DNA from: Candidatus Falkowbacteria bacterium RIFOXYC2_FULL_36_12
GTDB lineage: Bacteria; Patescibacteriota; Patescibacteriia; UBA11705
DNA length: 64,000 nt
Reading direction: 5' to 3'
NCBI GenBank assembly: GCA_001778235.1
Contig: MFGJ01000001.1
Location: forward strand, 69,302 to 133,301
The position numbers and the translations under genes are program-made. The notes beneath the pieces were generated by a model that saw nothing but the letters and a program-made list of their open reading frames with translations, made no database searches and had not been told where the DNA came from. The stretch's first letter is position 1. The number at the start of each line of letters is the position of its first letter. This document shows positions 51,830-61,563 of the stretch, piece by piece.

Positions 51830-53212
51830 ATGAAAATTACAAAAAATTTACTGGAAAAAAGCCAAGTTGAATTAACAATTGAAATTTCACAAGAGGATTT
51901 AAAGCCATATTTAGAAAAAGCAGCAATTGAATTAACAGAGAAAAAACCTCTGCAGGGCTTCAGACCGGGCAAGGCTCCATACGAAATTGTGAGAAAACAG
52001 CTCGGAGAAATGGTTATTTTACAACAAGCTTCCAATGCGATTATTGGCGAGACTTTTTATCAAGCGATTGAAAAAGAAAAACTTGAAACAGTTGACCAGC
52101 CAAACATAAGCATTGTAAAAATGGCACCGGAAAATCCATTTATTTACAAAGCAACGGTTTCGCTACTACCTGAAATTAAATTAGTTGATTTTACTACTAT
52201 AAAAATAAAAAAATCAGCGGAAATCAAAATTACTGATGATGATGTAAACAAAGTCATTAAGGATTTACAAAATATGCGGGCGACTGAAGTTAATGTTGAT
52301 CGAGAAGTAAAAAAAGATGATAAAGTTGAAGTAAATTTTGAAACATTTATTGATGGTGTGGCGCTGGCTGGAGGTAAAGCAGAAAAATATCCGCTAGTAA
52401 TTGGTGCAGGACAGATGATACCAGGATTTGAAGAAAAGGTGATTGGAATGAAAAAAGATGAAGAAAAACAATTTGAAATAAGTTTCCCAAAAGATTATCA
52501 TCAAACAAAAATTGCTGGGAAAAAAGCAAAATTCAAAATCAAATTATTGCAAGTCTTTGAGCGACAACTACCAGAATTGAATGATGATTTTGCTAAAAAC
52601 CTTGGGGTAAAAACTGTTATTGATTTGCAAAATCAAATTAAGCATAATCTGGAACACGAAAATCAACACAAACAAGAACATGGGCAAGACATGGATATTG
52701 TAAATGCGATAATTGATAAATCTGAATTCGGACAATTACCAGAAGTTTTGATAACAGATGAAGCAAGAAAAATGATGGAAGAATTGAAGGACAATGTGGC
52801 TCATCAGGGTCTAGGATTTGAAGATTATTTAAATCATTTGAAGAAAAAAGAAAGCGATTTACTGCTAGATTTTACACCTGACGCAATCAAGAGAGTAAAA
52901 ACTGCTTTGGCGATCAGACAAATGGCAAAAGACAAAAATATTTCTGCAACTAAAGATGAAATTCAGCAAGAAAAGGAAATAACTTTAGCTTCATACAAAA
53001 TGAACCCTGCCTATGCACAACACATGGCACAGCTGGAACAAAATATGAAATCTGAATCTGCCGAGAGATATTTTGGTAATGTTATTACCAATAGAAAAGT
53101 TATGGACATGCTACGAGAAACCATGATTGAGGGCTATGCAAAACATAGTTGTGAACATGAGGAAGGACATGACCATGGTCATTCTGACGATGGTAAAGAT
53201 GGGGGTAAATAA
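51830..53212 (+). CDS. tig: Trigger factor
   Basis: GFRPGKAP, FKBP domain MIPGFEE, FPKDY; His-rich tail. Confidence 0.96.
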   Translation: MKITKNLLEKSQVELTIEISQEDLKPYLEKAAIELTEKKPLQGFRPGKAPYEIVRKQLGEMVILQQASNAIIGETFYQAIEKEKLETVDQPNISIVKMAPENPFIYKATVSLLPEIKLVDFTTIKIKKSAEIKITDDDVNKVIKDLQNMRATEVNVDREVKKDDKVEVNFETFIDGVALAGGKAEKYPLVIGAGQMIPGFEEKVIGMKKDEEKQFEISFPKDYHQTKIAGKKAKFKIKLLQVFERQLPELNDDFAKNLGVKTVIDLQNQIKHNLEHENQHKQEHGQDMDIVNAIIDKSEFGQLPEVLITDEARKMMEELKDNVAHQGLGFEDYLNHLKKKESDLLLDFTPDAIKRVKTALAIRQMAKDKNISATKDEIQQEKEITLASYKMNPAYAQHMAQLEQNMKSESAERYFGNVITNRKVMDMLRETMIEGYAKHSCEHEEGHDHGHSDDGKDGGK

Positions 53213-53289
53213 ATATAGAATGATGAAAATTGGCGCTTTGGCGCCTTTTTTGATAGAATAAATAAGTATTATTATTAACTTAGAATCGT

Positions 53290-53901
53290 ATGTCTGAAGG
53301 ATTTTTAACACCAGAGGAGAAAAAATTATTGAGTCAAGAGGTGGATGACTCTGGATCTCGGGTAATATTCTCTGATAGAGAAAACCCAAAACAAACAAAA
53401 AGGGATGCTGAAAGAACAATAGCAGAAAATGAGGGGATAATTTACGAGAATTTATTTGCTATGATTAAAATGGAAGGGCATATTTGTGTGCCACGAGAAT
53501 TTGTAAACAAATATGTGGGGCTTCAAGAGGAGTTAGCAAAATGGGAGGGAACATCCCCTAAAAAATTTCCAGCGATGGTTGAAGGAAAGTCTCTTTATTA
53601 TCTAGATGCAAATCATAGCTTGATCGAAGTTGAGATCGATCAGAACAAAATTGACCCGGTTGTTGTTAAAAAATTAATTAATGAGCAAATTCGAGAGAGA
53701 GGTATTATTACTAAACAAATTTCAATCCGTGGATATGTTTCGGAGGAAATATCCAAGAACGATCTTCCATTAGTACTAATGAACAATGCAGAAAGATTAG
53801 AAAATATGTTCTATGTAATTACAGGTGATTATAAACGCATGAAAACAGATGAAGCTAATGCAGCGCAAGCTGAAGTTGATACTAAAAGTTTAACATTCTA
53901 A
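53290..53901 (+). CDS. Hypothetical protein flanked by duplicated terminator
   Basis: 203-aa ORF; near-identical hairpins at 53225-53255 and 53907-53938. Confidence 0.7.
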   Translation: MSEGFLTPEEKKLLSQEVDDSGSRVIFSDRENPKQTKRDAERTIAENEGIIYENLFAMIKMEGHICVPREFVNKYVGLQEELAKWEGTSPKKFPAMVEGKSLYYLDANHSLIEVEIDQNKIDPVVVKKLINEQIRERGIITKQISIRGYVSEEISKNDLPLVLMNNAERLENMFYVITGDYKRMKTDEANAAQAEVDTKSLTF

Positions 53902-54005
53902 TAAACGAAAACTGGCGCTTTGGCGCCTTTTTTTGATATACTTGAGATGTTCATAATTGAATGTTGTTGACTTTGTAACAAGTGCAGAGTGACAATTGTA
54001 ATTAT

Positions 54006-54839
54006 ATGAAACTTGGTGCACATGTATCAATTGCTGGCGGAATATTTAAGGCTCCGCTCAACGCAAAAAAACTGGGGTGTGAAACCTTTCAGATATTTTC
54101 GAGATCACCAAGAGGTGGAATGCCACCTGAAATAACTGATAATATTGTTGAACAATTTAAAAATAATATGGAGCAGGCTGATATTAAAAACTTTTATATC
54201 CACGCACCATATTTTATTAATCTGGCATCAGATAAACCAAGAATTGCCAAGGGATCAATTGAAATATTAAGATCAGAGCTTGAACGAGGTAATAAACTGG
54301 GAGCGGTCGGTGTAATGTTTCACATGGGTAGTGCCAAGGATTTTGGTTCAACCAAGTCACTTAAAATGGCGATTGATGCAATCAATGAAATATTAGAAAA
54401 TTATGATGGTAAAACATTGTTATTAATTGAAAATTCAGCTGGTGCAGGAGAAATTTTGGGTGATAAATTTGATGAAATTGGATTTATAATAAAGAAAATA
54501 AAAAATAAAGCTAAAATTGGTGTATGTCTGGATACCTGTCATATGTTTGCCTCTGGTTATGATATGAGAGATAAAAAAAGTTTGGGAAAAACATTAATGG
54601 AGTTTGAAAAACATATTGGAATAAAATTTTTGCAGGTTATTCATCTCAATGATTCAAAAACCGAGCTTGGTTCAAATAAAGATAGACATGAAGTAATTGG
54701 AAATGGCTTGATTGGACAAGAAGGTTTCAAACAAATTCTGCATAATATAAAACTGAAATCAGTTGATGGGATTATTGAAACTCCAGATTTGAAAAATAAC
54801 AGTTCCACAAGCTTAAATGTTTTGAAAAAACTAAGATAA
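54006..54839 (+). CDS. nfo: Endonuclease IV
   Basis: GAHVSIAGG, HAPYFINL, IENSAG, DTCH, HLNDSK, DRHE, IIETP. Confidence 0.96.
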   Translation: MKLGAHVSIAGGIFKAPLNAKKLGCETFQIFSRSPRGGMPPEITDNIVEQFKNNMEQADIKNFYIHAPYFINLASDKPRIAKGSIEILRSELERGNKLGAVGVMFHMGSAKDFGSTKSLKMAIDAINEILENYDGKTLLLIENSAGAGEILGDKFDEIGFIIKKIKNKAKIGVCLDTCHMFASGYDMRDKKSLGKTLMEFEKHIGIKFLQVIHLNDSKTELGSNKDRHEVIGNGLIGQEGFKQILHNIKLKSVDGIIETPDLKNNSSTSLNVLKKLR

Positions 54840-54906
54840 TATTTATAAACAGGATGAATTGTGATATAATCATATTATTATTATAATTTTCTAGCTAGAT
54901 TTAATT

Positions 54907-55605
54907 ATGTTTAATAAAAATCCCCTAAACCCGACTCAACCAATGGATAGGAAGATAAGTCTGAAAAAAATGTCAGATATAACTTGGAGAATTTTCAGAA
55001 TTATGTCGGAATTTGTTGAGGGGTTTCAATTTTTATCTGATTTTAATAAAGAAGTTACTATCTTTGGTTCAGCAAGACTCAAACCACAATCAAAATGGTA
55101 CACAGAAGCTGAAAAACTGGGTGAACTACTGGTAAAAAAGAAATTTTCTGTAATTACCGGTGGTGGACCTGGTATTATGGAAGCGGCAAACAAAGGTGCT
55201 TTCAAGGTTGACCCAAATAAATCAATTGGAATAAATATTCAACTACCGGCTGAACAAAGAACCAATTCTTATGTTGGCCAGGCTAAAGCTTTTTATTATT
55301 TTTTTACTAGAAAAGTAATGCTGGCGGCATCAGCACAGGCTTATATTTTTTTTCCTGGTGGGTTTGGAACAATTGATGAATTTATGGAAATATTGACATT
55401 GATTCAAACTAGAAAAATGCAAAAAACACCAATAATTTTGGTGGGAATAAAATTTTGGACTCCGCTTATTAAATGGTTTGAAAAATCATTTCGAGACCAA
55501 TACAAAACTATTCACTCTGAAGACTTAAAATTGTTTAATCTGGTTGATTCAGCTGAAGAGGTCATGAAAATTGTCAAAAAATCAAAGGAAAGAACAATAT
55601 TCTGA
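54907..55605 (+). CDS. LOG-family nucleotide phosphoribohydrolase
   Basis: IFGSAR, TGGGPGIMEAANKG, RKVML, PGGFGTIDE. Confidence 0.92.
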   Translation: MFNKNPLNPTQPMDRKISLKKMSDITWRIFRIMSEFVEGFQFLSDFNKEVTIFGSARLKPQSKWYTEAEKLGELLVKKKFSVITGGGPGIMEAANKGAFKVDPNKSIGINIQLPAEQRTNSYVGQAKAFYYFFTRKVMLAASAQAYIFFPGGFGTIDEFMEILTLIQTRKMQKTPIILVGIKFWTPLIKWFEKSFRDQYKTIHSEDLKLFNLVDSAEEVMKIVKKSKERTIF

Positions 55606-55717
55606 TTTTAAAATAATATTCACTTTATAAAGTCCGCTTGGCAAAAGCGGATTTTGATATTGTAAATTGGATTTTTAGTTGCTAAGATTGATTGAGATGG
55701 TAATATAATATTAATTT

Positions 55718-56239
55718 ATGTCTACAATAGCAATTTGCTCTGATTCACATGATAATATCCCAAATATTGATAAATTTTTGAATTACTGCAAAAGACACAA
55801 TATAAAACTCATGATTCATTGTGGAGATATTACTACCCTAGAAACAAAAAAGTATTTTCAAGAAAATTTCCGAGGTAAAATTTATTTTGTAGAGGGAAAT
55901 GCTGATATTACAAGTATTGAACAAGAAAAATCTATTGAAACCAAAAGAACTAATAGATTTCAAGTAATAAAAAGAGCTCCAGTCCCCTTCTTGGAATTAA
56001 TTGTTGACCAGATACAAATTGCTGTTTGTCACAAGAAAGATAAAGCAATACGATTAGCAAAAAAAGGTTTTTATCATTTTGTTTTTTTTGGGCATACACA
56101 TAAACCATGGCAGGAAAAAATTGATAAGTCATTTATTATAAATCCCGGAACGCTAGCTGGCATGTTTACCCCACCGAGCTTTGCAACATACAACACAACG
56201 ACAAAACAACTAGAATTAATTCAAGTACATAATCTATGA
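55718..56239 (+). CDS. YfcE-like metallophosphoesterase
   Basis: SDSHDN, HCGD, GNAD, GHTH, NPG. Confidence 0.9.
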   Translation: MSTIAICSDSHDNIPNIDKFLNYCKRHNIKLMIHCGDITTLETKKYFQENFRGKIYFVEGNADITSIEQEKSIETKRTNRFQVIKRAPVPFLELIVDQIQIAVCHKKDKAIRLAKKGFYHFVFFGHTHKPWQEKIDKSFIINPGTLAGMFTPPSFATYNTTTKQLELIQVHNL

Positions 56240-56838
56240 TGATTGAAATAAACAAAGAAAATCCTGAATACCCAAAAATCAAACTGGCGGTAGAAACTTT
56301 GCGAAATGAAGGTGTTATTGTTTATCCGACTGATACAATTTATGGTTTAGGTTGTGATATTTCCAGTAAAAAAGCGATTGATAAAATTTATAGAATTAAA
56401 AATAAAAAAGCTACTGGCTTTAGTTTTATAATTCCTGATTTGAGCCAAATATCAAAATACGCCTATGTTTCAGATTATGCCTATAAATTGATGAAAAGGC
56501 TTTTGCCTGGTCCATATACTTTTATACTCAAAGCTACAAAAATTGTACCAAAGCAATTAATTCCAAATAAAAAAACTGTAGCAATAAGAATTCCTGACAA
56601 TATAATCACTGCAGAAATTGTAAAGTTGCTTGGTAACCCAATTGTTTCTACCAGTGTAAATATTACAGGCGGAATTCATTTTACTGATCCGATTGATATT
56701 GAAAAAAAATTTGGTAATGATATTGATTTAATAATTGACATTGGTCCCCTACCAAACGATGCTTCAACGGTTATTGATCTGACAAATGATGAACCAATTA
56801 TTATTCGTGAAGGCAAAGGCGATATTTCTGTAATTTAA
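56236..56838 (+). CDS. Sua5/YrdC/YciO family threonylcarbamoyl-AMP synthase
   Basis: YPTDTIYGLG, LPGPYTFI, AIRIP, STSVN, STVIDL, REG.G. Confidence 0.92.
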   Translation: MMIEINKENPEYPKIKLAVETLRNEGVIVYPTDTIYGLGCDISSKKAIDKIYRIKNKKATGFSFIIPDLSQISKYAYVSDYAYKLMKRLLPGPYTFILKATKIVPKQLIPNKKTVAIRIPDNIITAEIVKLLGNPIVSTSVNITGGIHFTDPIDIEKKFGNDIDLIIDIGPLPNDASTVIDLTNDEPIIIREGKGDISVI

Positions 56839-56898
56839 ATTCATTTAATTTATTTCTTTAATAAAAATTGCTACAATAATGAAGTAGTAATTTTTTAT

Positions 56899-57123
56899 AT
56901 GAAAATAAATGTTAAAGTAATCACCAAGTCAAAACTAAATAAGGTGGAAAAAATATCGGATAATGATTATAAAGTCTGGCTAAATGTGATGCCGATTGAA
57001 GGCAAAGCAAACAAATTATTGATAAAATTGTTATCTAAATTTCTAAAAGTTCCAATGAATAAAATCAGCATATTTGCTGGTTCGCGGAATAAAAATAAAA
57101 TAATCACTATTGACAAAACCTAA
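56899..57123 (+). CDS. DUF167/YggU family protein
   Basis: VKVI.KSK, PIEGKAN..LIKLLSKFL, G..SRNK-like tail. Confidence 0.85.
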   Translation: MKINVKVITKSKLNKVEKISDNDYKVWLNVMPIEGKANKLLIKLLSKFLKVPMNKISIFAGSRNKNKIITIDKT

Positions 57124-57172
57124 ACTTTTGTATATAATATGATGTTCTCCGCAGACGGGAAGGACTGGAATC

Positions 57173-57517
57173 ATGGATGAAAATCAGCCTATTTTGGCAC
57201 AATCTATTTTTGTTATTCTATGTGTTCTTGTATACATCTTTTTAGTCTGTGCTAAGGAAGGTGTTTTGGACTATACCTGGCTTGACTCCACTGATTACCC
57301 TGAATATGGAGAATGGGCATATGAACCAATACTTGGAAGTGGGAATTGTGTAGATTACCATGGTAAAAAAAGTCATTACGAGAAACTTAATATTGCAATA
57401 GACGAATACTCATCTAGATTTACTCAATTTATTTGTGATGGAACAAAGCCAAACAACAGTTATGAAGCATTTTATGTAGGAACTACATTGCTAAATCTGC
57501 TTGTGTCAACAAAATAA
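57173..57517 (+). CDS. Hypothetical membrane-anchored protein (orphan)
   Basis: N-terminal TM; TTGACA-17-TATAAT promoter, GGGAAGG/GGA leader, terminator after stop. Confidence 0.65.
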   Translation: MDENQPILAQSIFVILCVLVYIFLVCAKEGVLDYTWLDSTDYPEYGEWAYEPILGSGNCVDYHGKKSHYEKLNIAIDEYSSRFTQFICDGTKPNNSYEAFYVGTTLLNLLVSTK

Positions 57518-57602
57518 GTTCAAGATCGTCAAAATGACGGTTTTTTCTTTTATTTAATTTTAGGGACAAACAATACTTTTGTGTCGTAAAACTATACTTC
57601 AA

Positions 57603-57618
57603 TGTTTCACGTGAAACA
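57603..57618. promoter_or_regulatory. parS centromere site
   Basis: TGTTTCACGTGAAACA, perfect match to the ParB/Spo0J consensus. Confidence 0.9.
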
Positions 57619-57796
57619 TTTTATAATGTTATTATTTTTTAGAATATTTATATAACTTGAGTAAGCATTTATAAATATTCATATAGTGATCAATTGATGA
57701 TGAGATAACACATCTAATACCTAAAATATCCACTACACTATTTTAATCATACATACTAATATTGAGTATTTTGTGATTGAATTGTTAAATGATTGA

Positions 57797-58130
57797 TTTT
57801 AAAGTAAATTTAAACAAAATTTAGCTATTTGTATAGACTATTGTAGACAAACAGAAAATAAGTTAAATCCTGTTTTTAAAGTAAATTTAAACAAAAATAC
57901 GCGTTTGTATAGACCATTGTAGACATCTATGTGATATTTTCCGAGTAAATACCTATAATTTGCTAATAATCAACATTTTTATAGTAAATTTAAACAAAAA
58001 TTAGCGTTTGTATAGACTATTGTAGACATTTATAAAATTTTCTGTTAAAAATCTGAAATAACCCTACTTTTTTGATTTTAAAGTAAATTTAAACAAAAAA
58101 TAGCCCTAGATGTATAGACCATTGTGTACA
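57797..58130 (+). repeat. Four ~50-bp direct repeats (iteron-like)
   Basis: ttttaaagtaaatttaaacaaaa-N6/8-tgtatagacYattgtagaca, cores starting 57801, 57878, 57981, 58080. Confidence 0.9.
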
Positions 58131-58161
58131 AACATGCTAAATTTTGGTAGTTATCAATAGT

Positions 58162-58170
58162 TTATCCACA
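58162..58170 (+). promoter_or_regulatory. DnaA box
   Basis: TTATCCACA, with a degenerate TTATCAATA 11 bp upstream. Confidence 0.5.
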
Positions 58171-58229
58171 GAATTTTGGTATTTTGGCTGTAATATTGGT
58201 GGAAAAACTATATACTTATTTTTATACCC

Positions 58230-58305
58230 TGGTGACCCCACCAGGACTTGAACCTGGATCAAAGGCTTAGGACGCCCCTATTCTATCCAATTGAACTATG
58301 GGATC
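58230..58305 (-). tRNA. tRNA-Arg(CCT)
   Basis: GATCCCATAGTTCAATTGGATAGAATAGGGGCGTCCTAAGCCTTTGATCCAGGTTCAAGTCCTGGTGGGGTCACCA. Confidence 0.92.
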
Positions 58306-58451
58306 GTAGTTGGTTGTAAGCCCTGAAGTAGATGCTATGCATCACTTCAAGGCAAGCGAGTATGGTTAAACCTGTATTAATGACTGTATTTTACTGTATT
58401 CAATAAATTTATTCAAGGTAATGTTTAATTAGTTTGTGATATTAAATGGAA

Positions 58452-58467
58452 TGTTTCACGTGAAACA
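58452..58467. promoter_or_regulatory. parS centromere site
   Basis: Second perfect TGTTTCACGTGAAACA. Confidence 0.9.
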
Positions 58468-58618
58468 TTTTTTATTTATAATAATATTTTTTTATTATTT
58501 TTACTAGAATTAAACATATTAAAGTGTCGTAAAATATTAATTATTTAATTATCAAAGAGTAAAAGTTTTGAAGAGTGATAATTAATATTCAAAACGCATG
58601 AAACAAGATTTCCTTTGG

Positions 58619-58920
58619 CCATGCACTATAAACAAGTTTAAGTGCATGGCGAGTAAGCTCGCTGTGGGAAAAGTTTCGAGTGAGGAATAAAAATTAATTA
58701 TTTATACCCTGAAACAAGTTCAGGGTGACAGGTGAGTGTGTTGGTGGCGCGCATTACCGCCCCAGACCTGCCTTCATCAAGATTACAGCAGGCAATCCCC
58801 GAGGTTAGTTATGTTCGTGGTTTTATCACGAGAGAAATTGTTTATACCCTGAAACAAGTTCAGGGTGACAAATTGGGAGATACTGAAACCATGCACTATA
58901 AGCAAGTTTAAGTGCATAGA
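58619..58920. repeat. REP-like palindrome cluster
   Basis: ttataccctgaaacaagttcagggtgaca at 58702-58730 and 58842-58870; ccatgcactataaacaagtttaagtgcatgg at 58619-58649 and ~58889-58917; 58702-58825 matches 30162-30340. Confidence 0.85.
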
Positions 58921-58966
58921 GTGTAAGCTAAGGACAGGCTTCTCATCCTGTCTGTTTAAAATAAAA

Positions 58967-59043
58967 TGGCGTCCGAGACAGGATTCGAACCTGTGACCTA
59001 CAGCTTAGAAGGCTGTTGCTCTATCCAGCTGAGCTACTCGGAC
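58967..59043 (-). tRNA. tRNA-Arg(TCT)
   Basis: GTCCGAGTAGCTCAGCTGGATAGAGCAACAGCCTTCTAAGCTGTAGGTCACAGGTTCGAATCCTGTCTCGGACGCCA. Confidence 0.96.
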
Positions 59044-59159
59044 ACAATTATGAGGAAATTATAGCAAGAAACCTTCAGTAAGTCAATGATATAGTTGACA
59101 ATTGTTGTTTTTCAGACTATAATATATAGTTGTGAGTCCACAAAGGGGGAGAGATACTG

Positions 59160-59561
59160 ATGATGTACGGGAGCAACGAGATAAGACCTTTTCAGTATTT
59201 CAAATTTTTTATTTTTTTTGTTGCTGGGGTTGTTCTTTTTTACGCTATAACTACTGGCATTTCATTGATTGCTCTTGCACCTGAAATCGAGCAGGTGAGT
59301 AAATTGAAAAAAACATTTGGATTTGAATGTACTTTTCAGATCAGGTGTGCAGAAAAATTGCGGGGTGAAAAAAATATCTACGAAAAAGAGCTTGATTTCA
59401 ACACTTGTTTTCAGCACCTTGAAAGCAATGCATTGCAGGAAATCCTTGAGAACCATAACAGGGTAGTTGACCTCCTGCCGTGGTGGGCATTTAAGTCACA
59501 TCTGCATGAAAAATGTATGATCCCGACCTATCCCAATCAATGGGCTGAAGCTGAATTGTAA
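59160..59561 (+). CDS. Hypothetical membrane-anchored protein (orphan)
   Basis: N-terminal TM, four Cys; TTGACA-17-TATAAT promoter, GGGGGAG SD, terminator. Confidence 0.65.
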   Translation: MMYGSNEIRPFQYFKFFIFFVAGVVLFYAITTGISLIALAPEIEQVSKLKKTFGFECTFQIRCAEKLRGEKNIYEKELDFNTCFQHLESNALQEILENHNRVVDLLPWWAFKSHLHEKCMIPTYPNQWAEAEL

Positions 59562-59654
59562 ACAAAAACAGTGATCGTATTCACTGCTTTTTTTATTTTA
59601 TATATATTTTGAGAAATAGGGGAGCATGAAATTATCAAGGCTTACTCGTGCTTG

Positions 59655-60629
59655 TTATTTATTTTTTTTTGATAATGGTTTGCGTTTATTGTGAAAAGCT
59701 TTGTGAACATCTCTAAGTTGTTGATTGGTAATGTGAGTATATATCTGTGTAGTTGTAATGGATGAATGGCCAAGAATTGATTGGACTGAACGAATATCAG
59801 CACCATTCATTAGTAAATCAGTAGCAAAGCTATGACGCATAGTGTGCGGTGTTACACTTTGGTTTATACCTACAAGCTGGGCGTATTTTTTTACTATTCG
59901 TTCTAAACTTCTCGGAGTTAAGCCAATAAAATCTTTTTCTTCTGCAGTTGAATTATTACGAGCTTCAGCGGCTTTATCATGACCAATAAACAAAAACAAG
60001 TTTTTATCTTTGCGAAGCTTTCGATATTCCTGTATCCAATAACGAGCTTGGTTGGATAGAAAGGCGACTCGAATTTTGCCACCCTTACCGCGGATAGAAA
60101 ATTCTGTTTTTTTTATATTTAAATCTTTTTTTAAGCTCGCAAGCTCTGATACACGCATCCCGGTTGAAAAGAATAATTCAAGAATGGCTTTATCACGAAA
60201 TTGAATTATTTTGGGATTTTTTGACTTCAGCGGAGCATCAAGCAAATTGTACAAATCACTGCCTTCAAGAAAACCAACATGGCGCATCTGCAGACGAGCT
60301 AGTTCAACCTTTTCCGGAGCCAATGAACTAATATCTCGCTTGGCTAAATATTTCAAGAATGAACGGATAGCAATCAAATGATAATTTTGAGTGTTTTTTT
60401 GTAATGATTCTTTTGTTTTTGGATCTTTGAACCGATTGAGCCAAAGGCGAAAAAGTCTAACCGCATCGAGACTGATTTTTTCTGGAGTAGTTATATTTGA
60501 GCTCTTGAGCCAACCAGAAAAACGACGCAGATAGAAGTCATAATTGCGAATAGTGCGCTCGGTGCGTCCTTTGGCGACTTCTAAATCCTGAAGAAAGTCT
60601 GTGATTAATTTATCCAGTTTTGAAGACAT
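59655..60629 (-). CDS. Tyrosine recombinase, XerC/XerD family
   Basis: RDKAILELFFSTGMRVSEL, GKGGKIR, TPHTMRHSFAT, GADIRSVQSILGHSSITTTQIYT. Confidence 0.93.
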   Translation of the reverse strand: MSSKLDKLITDFLQDLEVAKGRTERTIRNYDFYLRRFSGWLKSSNITTPEKISLDAVRLFRLWLNRFKDPKTKESLQKNTQNYHLIAIRSFLKYLAKRDISSLAPEKVELARLQMRHVGFLEGSDLYNLLDAPLKSKNPKIIQFRDKAILELFFSTGMRVSELASLKKDLNIKKTEFSIRGKGGKIRVAFLSNQARYWIQEYRKLRKDKNLFLFIGHDKAAEARNNSTAEEKDFIGLTPRSLERIVKKYAQLVGINQSVTPHTMRHSFATDLLMNGADIRSVQSILGHSSITTTQIYTHITNQQLRDVHKAFHNKRKPLSKKNK

Positions 60630-60991
60630 TGTGTTTTTATTTTATTGATTTAATAATTTATTTACTTAATGAACGAATGTACTTTAATTTTACGACACTT
60701 TTGAATTTGGGACAAGAGGTGAGGGGTGAGAATTGTTAGATTTTAGTTGACAGATTATAGTTATGATTGGTTGATTATTTTATTTATTTATGAAATAATG
60801 CTTGCTATTGCCAAAATTTAATAGATGTGTTAGAATAATTAAAGCTTAATAAATTAACTACTCTGTGGAGCTAGCCCTGAAATCTCATAGAAGATGAAGC
60901 GGTTCTGTGGAGAAATTACAAAACTACAAAAAGTTACGAAATATTACAAAATATTTTATAACGAGCTGTAAGGTTGTAATGAAGTAAAATT

Positions 60992-61369
60992 ATGTTGGAT
61001 CAAAAGAAAAAGCAACGAATCATTGCTAAGTTCAAAACACATGAAAATGATACTGGTTCACCTGAAGTGCAAATTGCTATTTTAACAGAAGAAATCAAGG
61101 AATTAACAAAGCATCTTCAGATGCACAAACAAGACCATTCATCACGAAGAGGTTTGCTAAAAAAACTGGGTGAAAGAAAAAGATTACTACGATACCTTGA
61201 GGCAGAAAACCAAGAAAGCTATGAAAACCTTATCAAAGAACTAAAACTGAAAATTTCTAAAAAGTACCAAGAGAGAAAAGAAGAAATTGCTAGACTTTTG
61301 GCTGAAGACGAAGAAGCTGAAAGAGCTGAAGAAGAAAGCGTTGAAGAACCTGTAGTTGAAGAAGAATAA
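60992..61369 (+). CDS. rpsO: 30S ribosomal protein S15 with acidic C-terminal extension
   Basis: DTGSPEVQIAILT, DHSSRRGLLK. Confidence 0.97.
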   Translation: MLDQKKKQRIIAKFKTHENDTGSPEVQIAILTEEIKELTKHLQMHKQDHSSRRGLLKKLGERKRLLRYLEAENQESYENLIKELKLKISKKYQERKEEIARLLAEDEEAERAEEESVEEPVVEEE

Positions 61370-61380
61370 ATTTTTTACAT

Positions 61381-61407
61381 AAAAAGCCTCCTCTTCGGAG
61401 GCTTTTT
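61381..61407 (+). terminator. Intrinsic terminator after rpsO
   Basis: aaaaagcctcc-tcttc-ggaggcttttt. Confidence 0.85.
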
Positions 61408-61463
61408 GGAAAAATACTTTTAGATTATAATATAAGTATAATTAATAAATTAACAATTAATAA

Positions 61464-61551
61464 AAATGCTTGGGCATTAGACACATTGGCTATTAGCTTG
61501 AATCAATAATTCAACTTTAATAATAGTCGTTAGTTTGATGGTCAAGCATTT
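61464..61551 (+). promoter_or_regulatory. Long 5'-leader hairpin of pnp (putative RNase III/autoregulation site)
   Basis: aaatgcttgggcattagac pairs with gtttgatggtcaagcattt; inner ggctatta/taatagtc; same position as the E. coli rpsO-pnp leader stem. Confidence 0.65.
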
Positions 61552-61563
61552 GACCAAATTCAT

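Noticed and set aside
57797-58130. CRISPR array
   Set aside because: Repeats are ~50 bp and degenerate, spacer lengths are irregular, and no cas genes are present.
59655-60629. Integron integrase for the attC array or prophage integrase at tRNA-Arg
   Set aside because: Lacks the IntI-specific insertion, lies 19 kb from the array, and no att duplication of the tRNA or phage genes is visible; looks like a chromosomal Xer.
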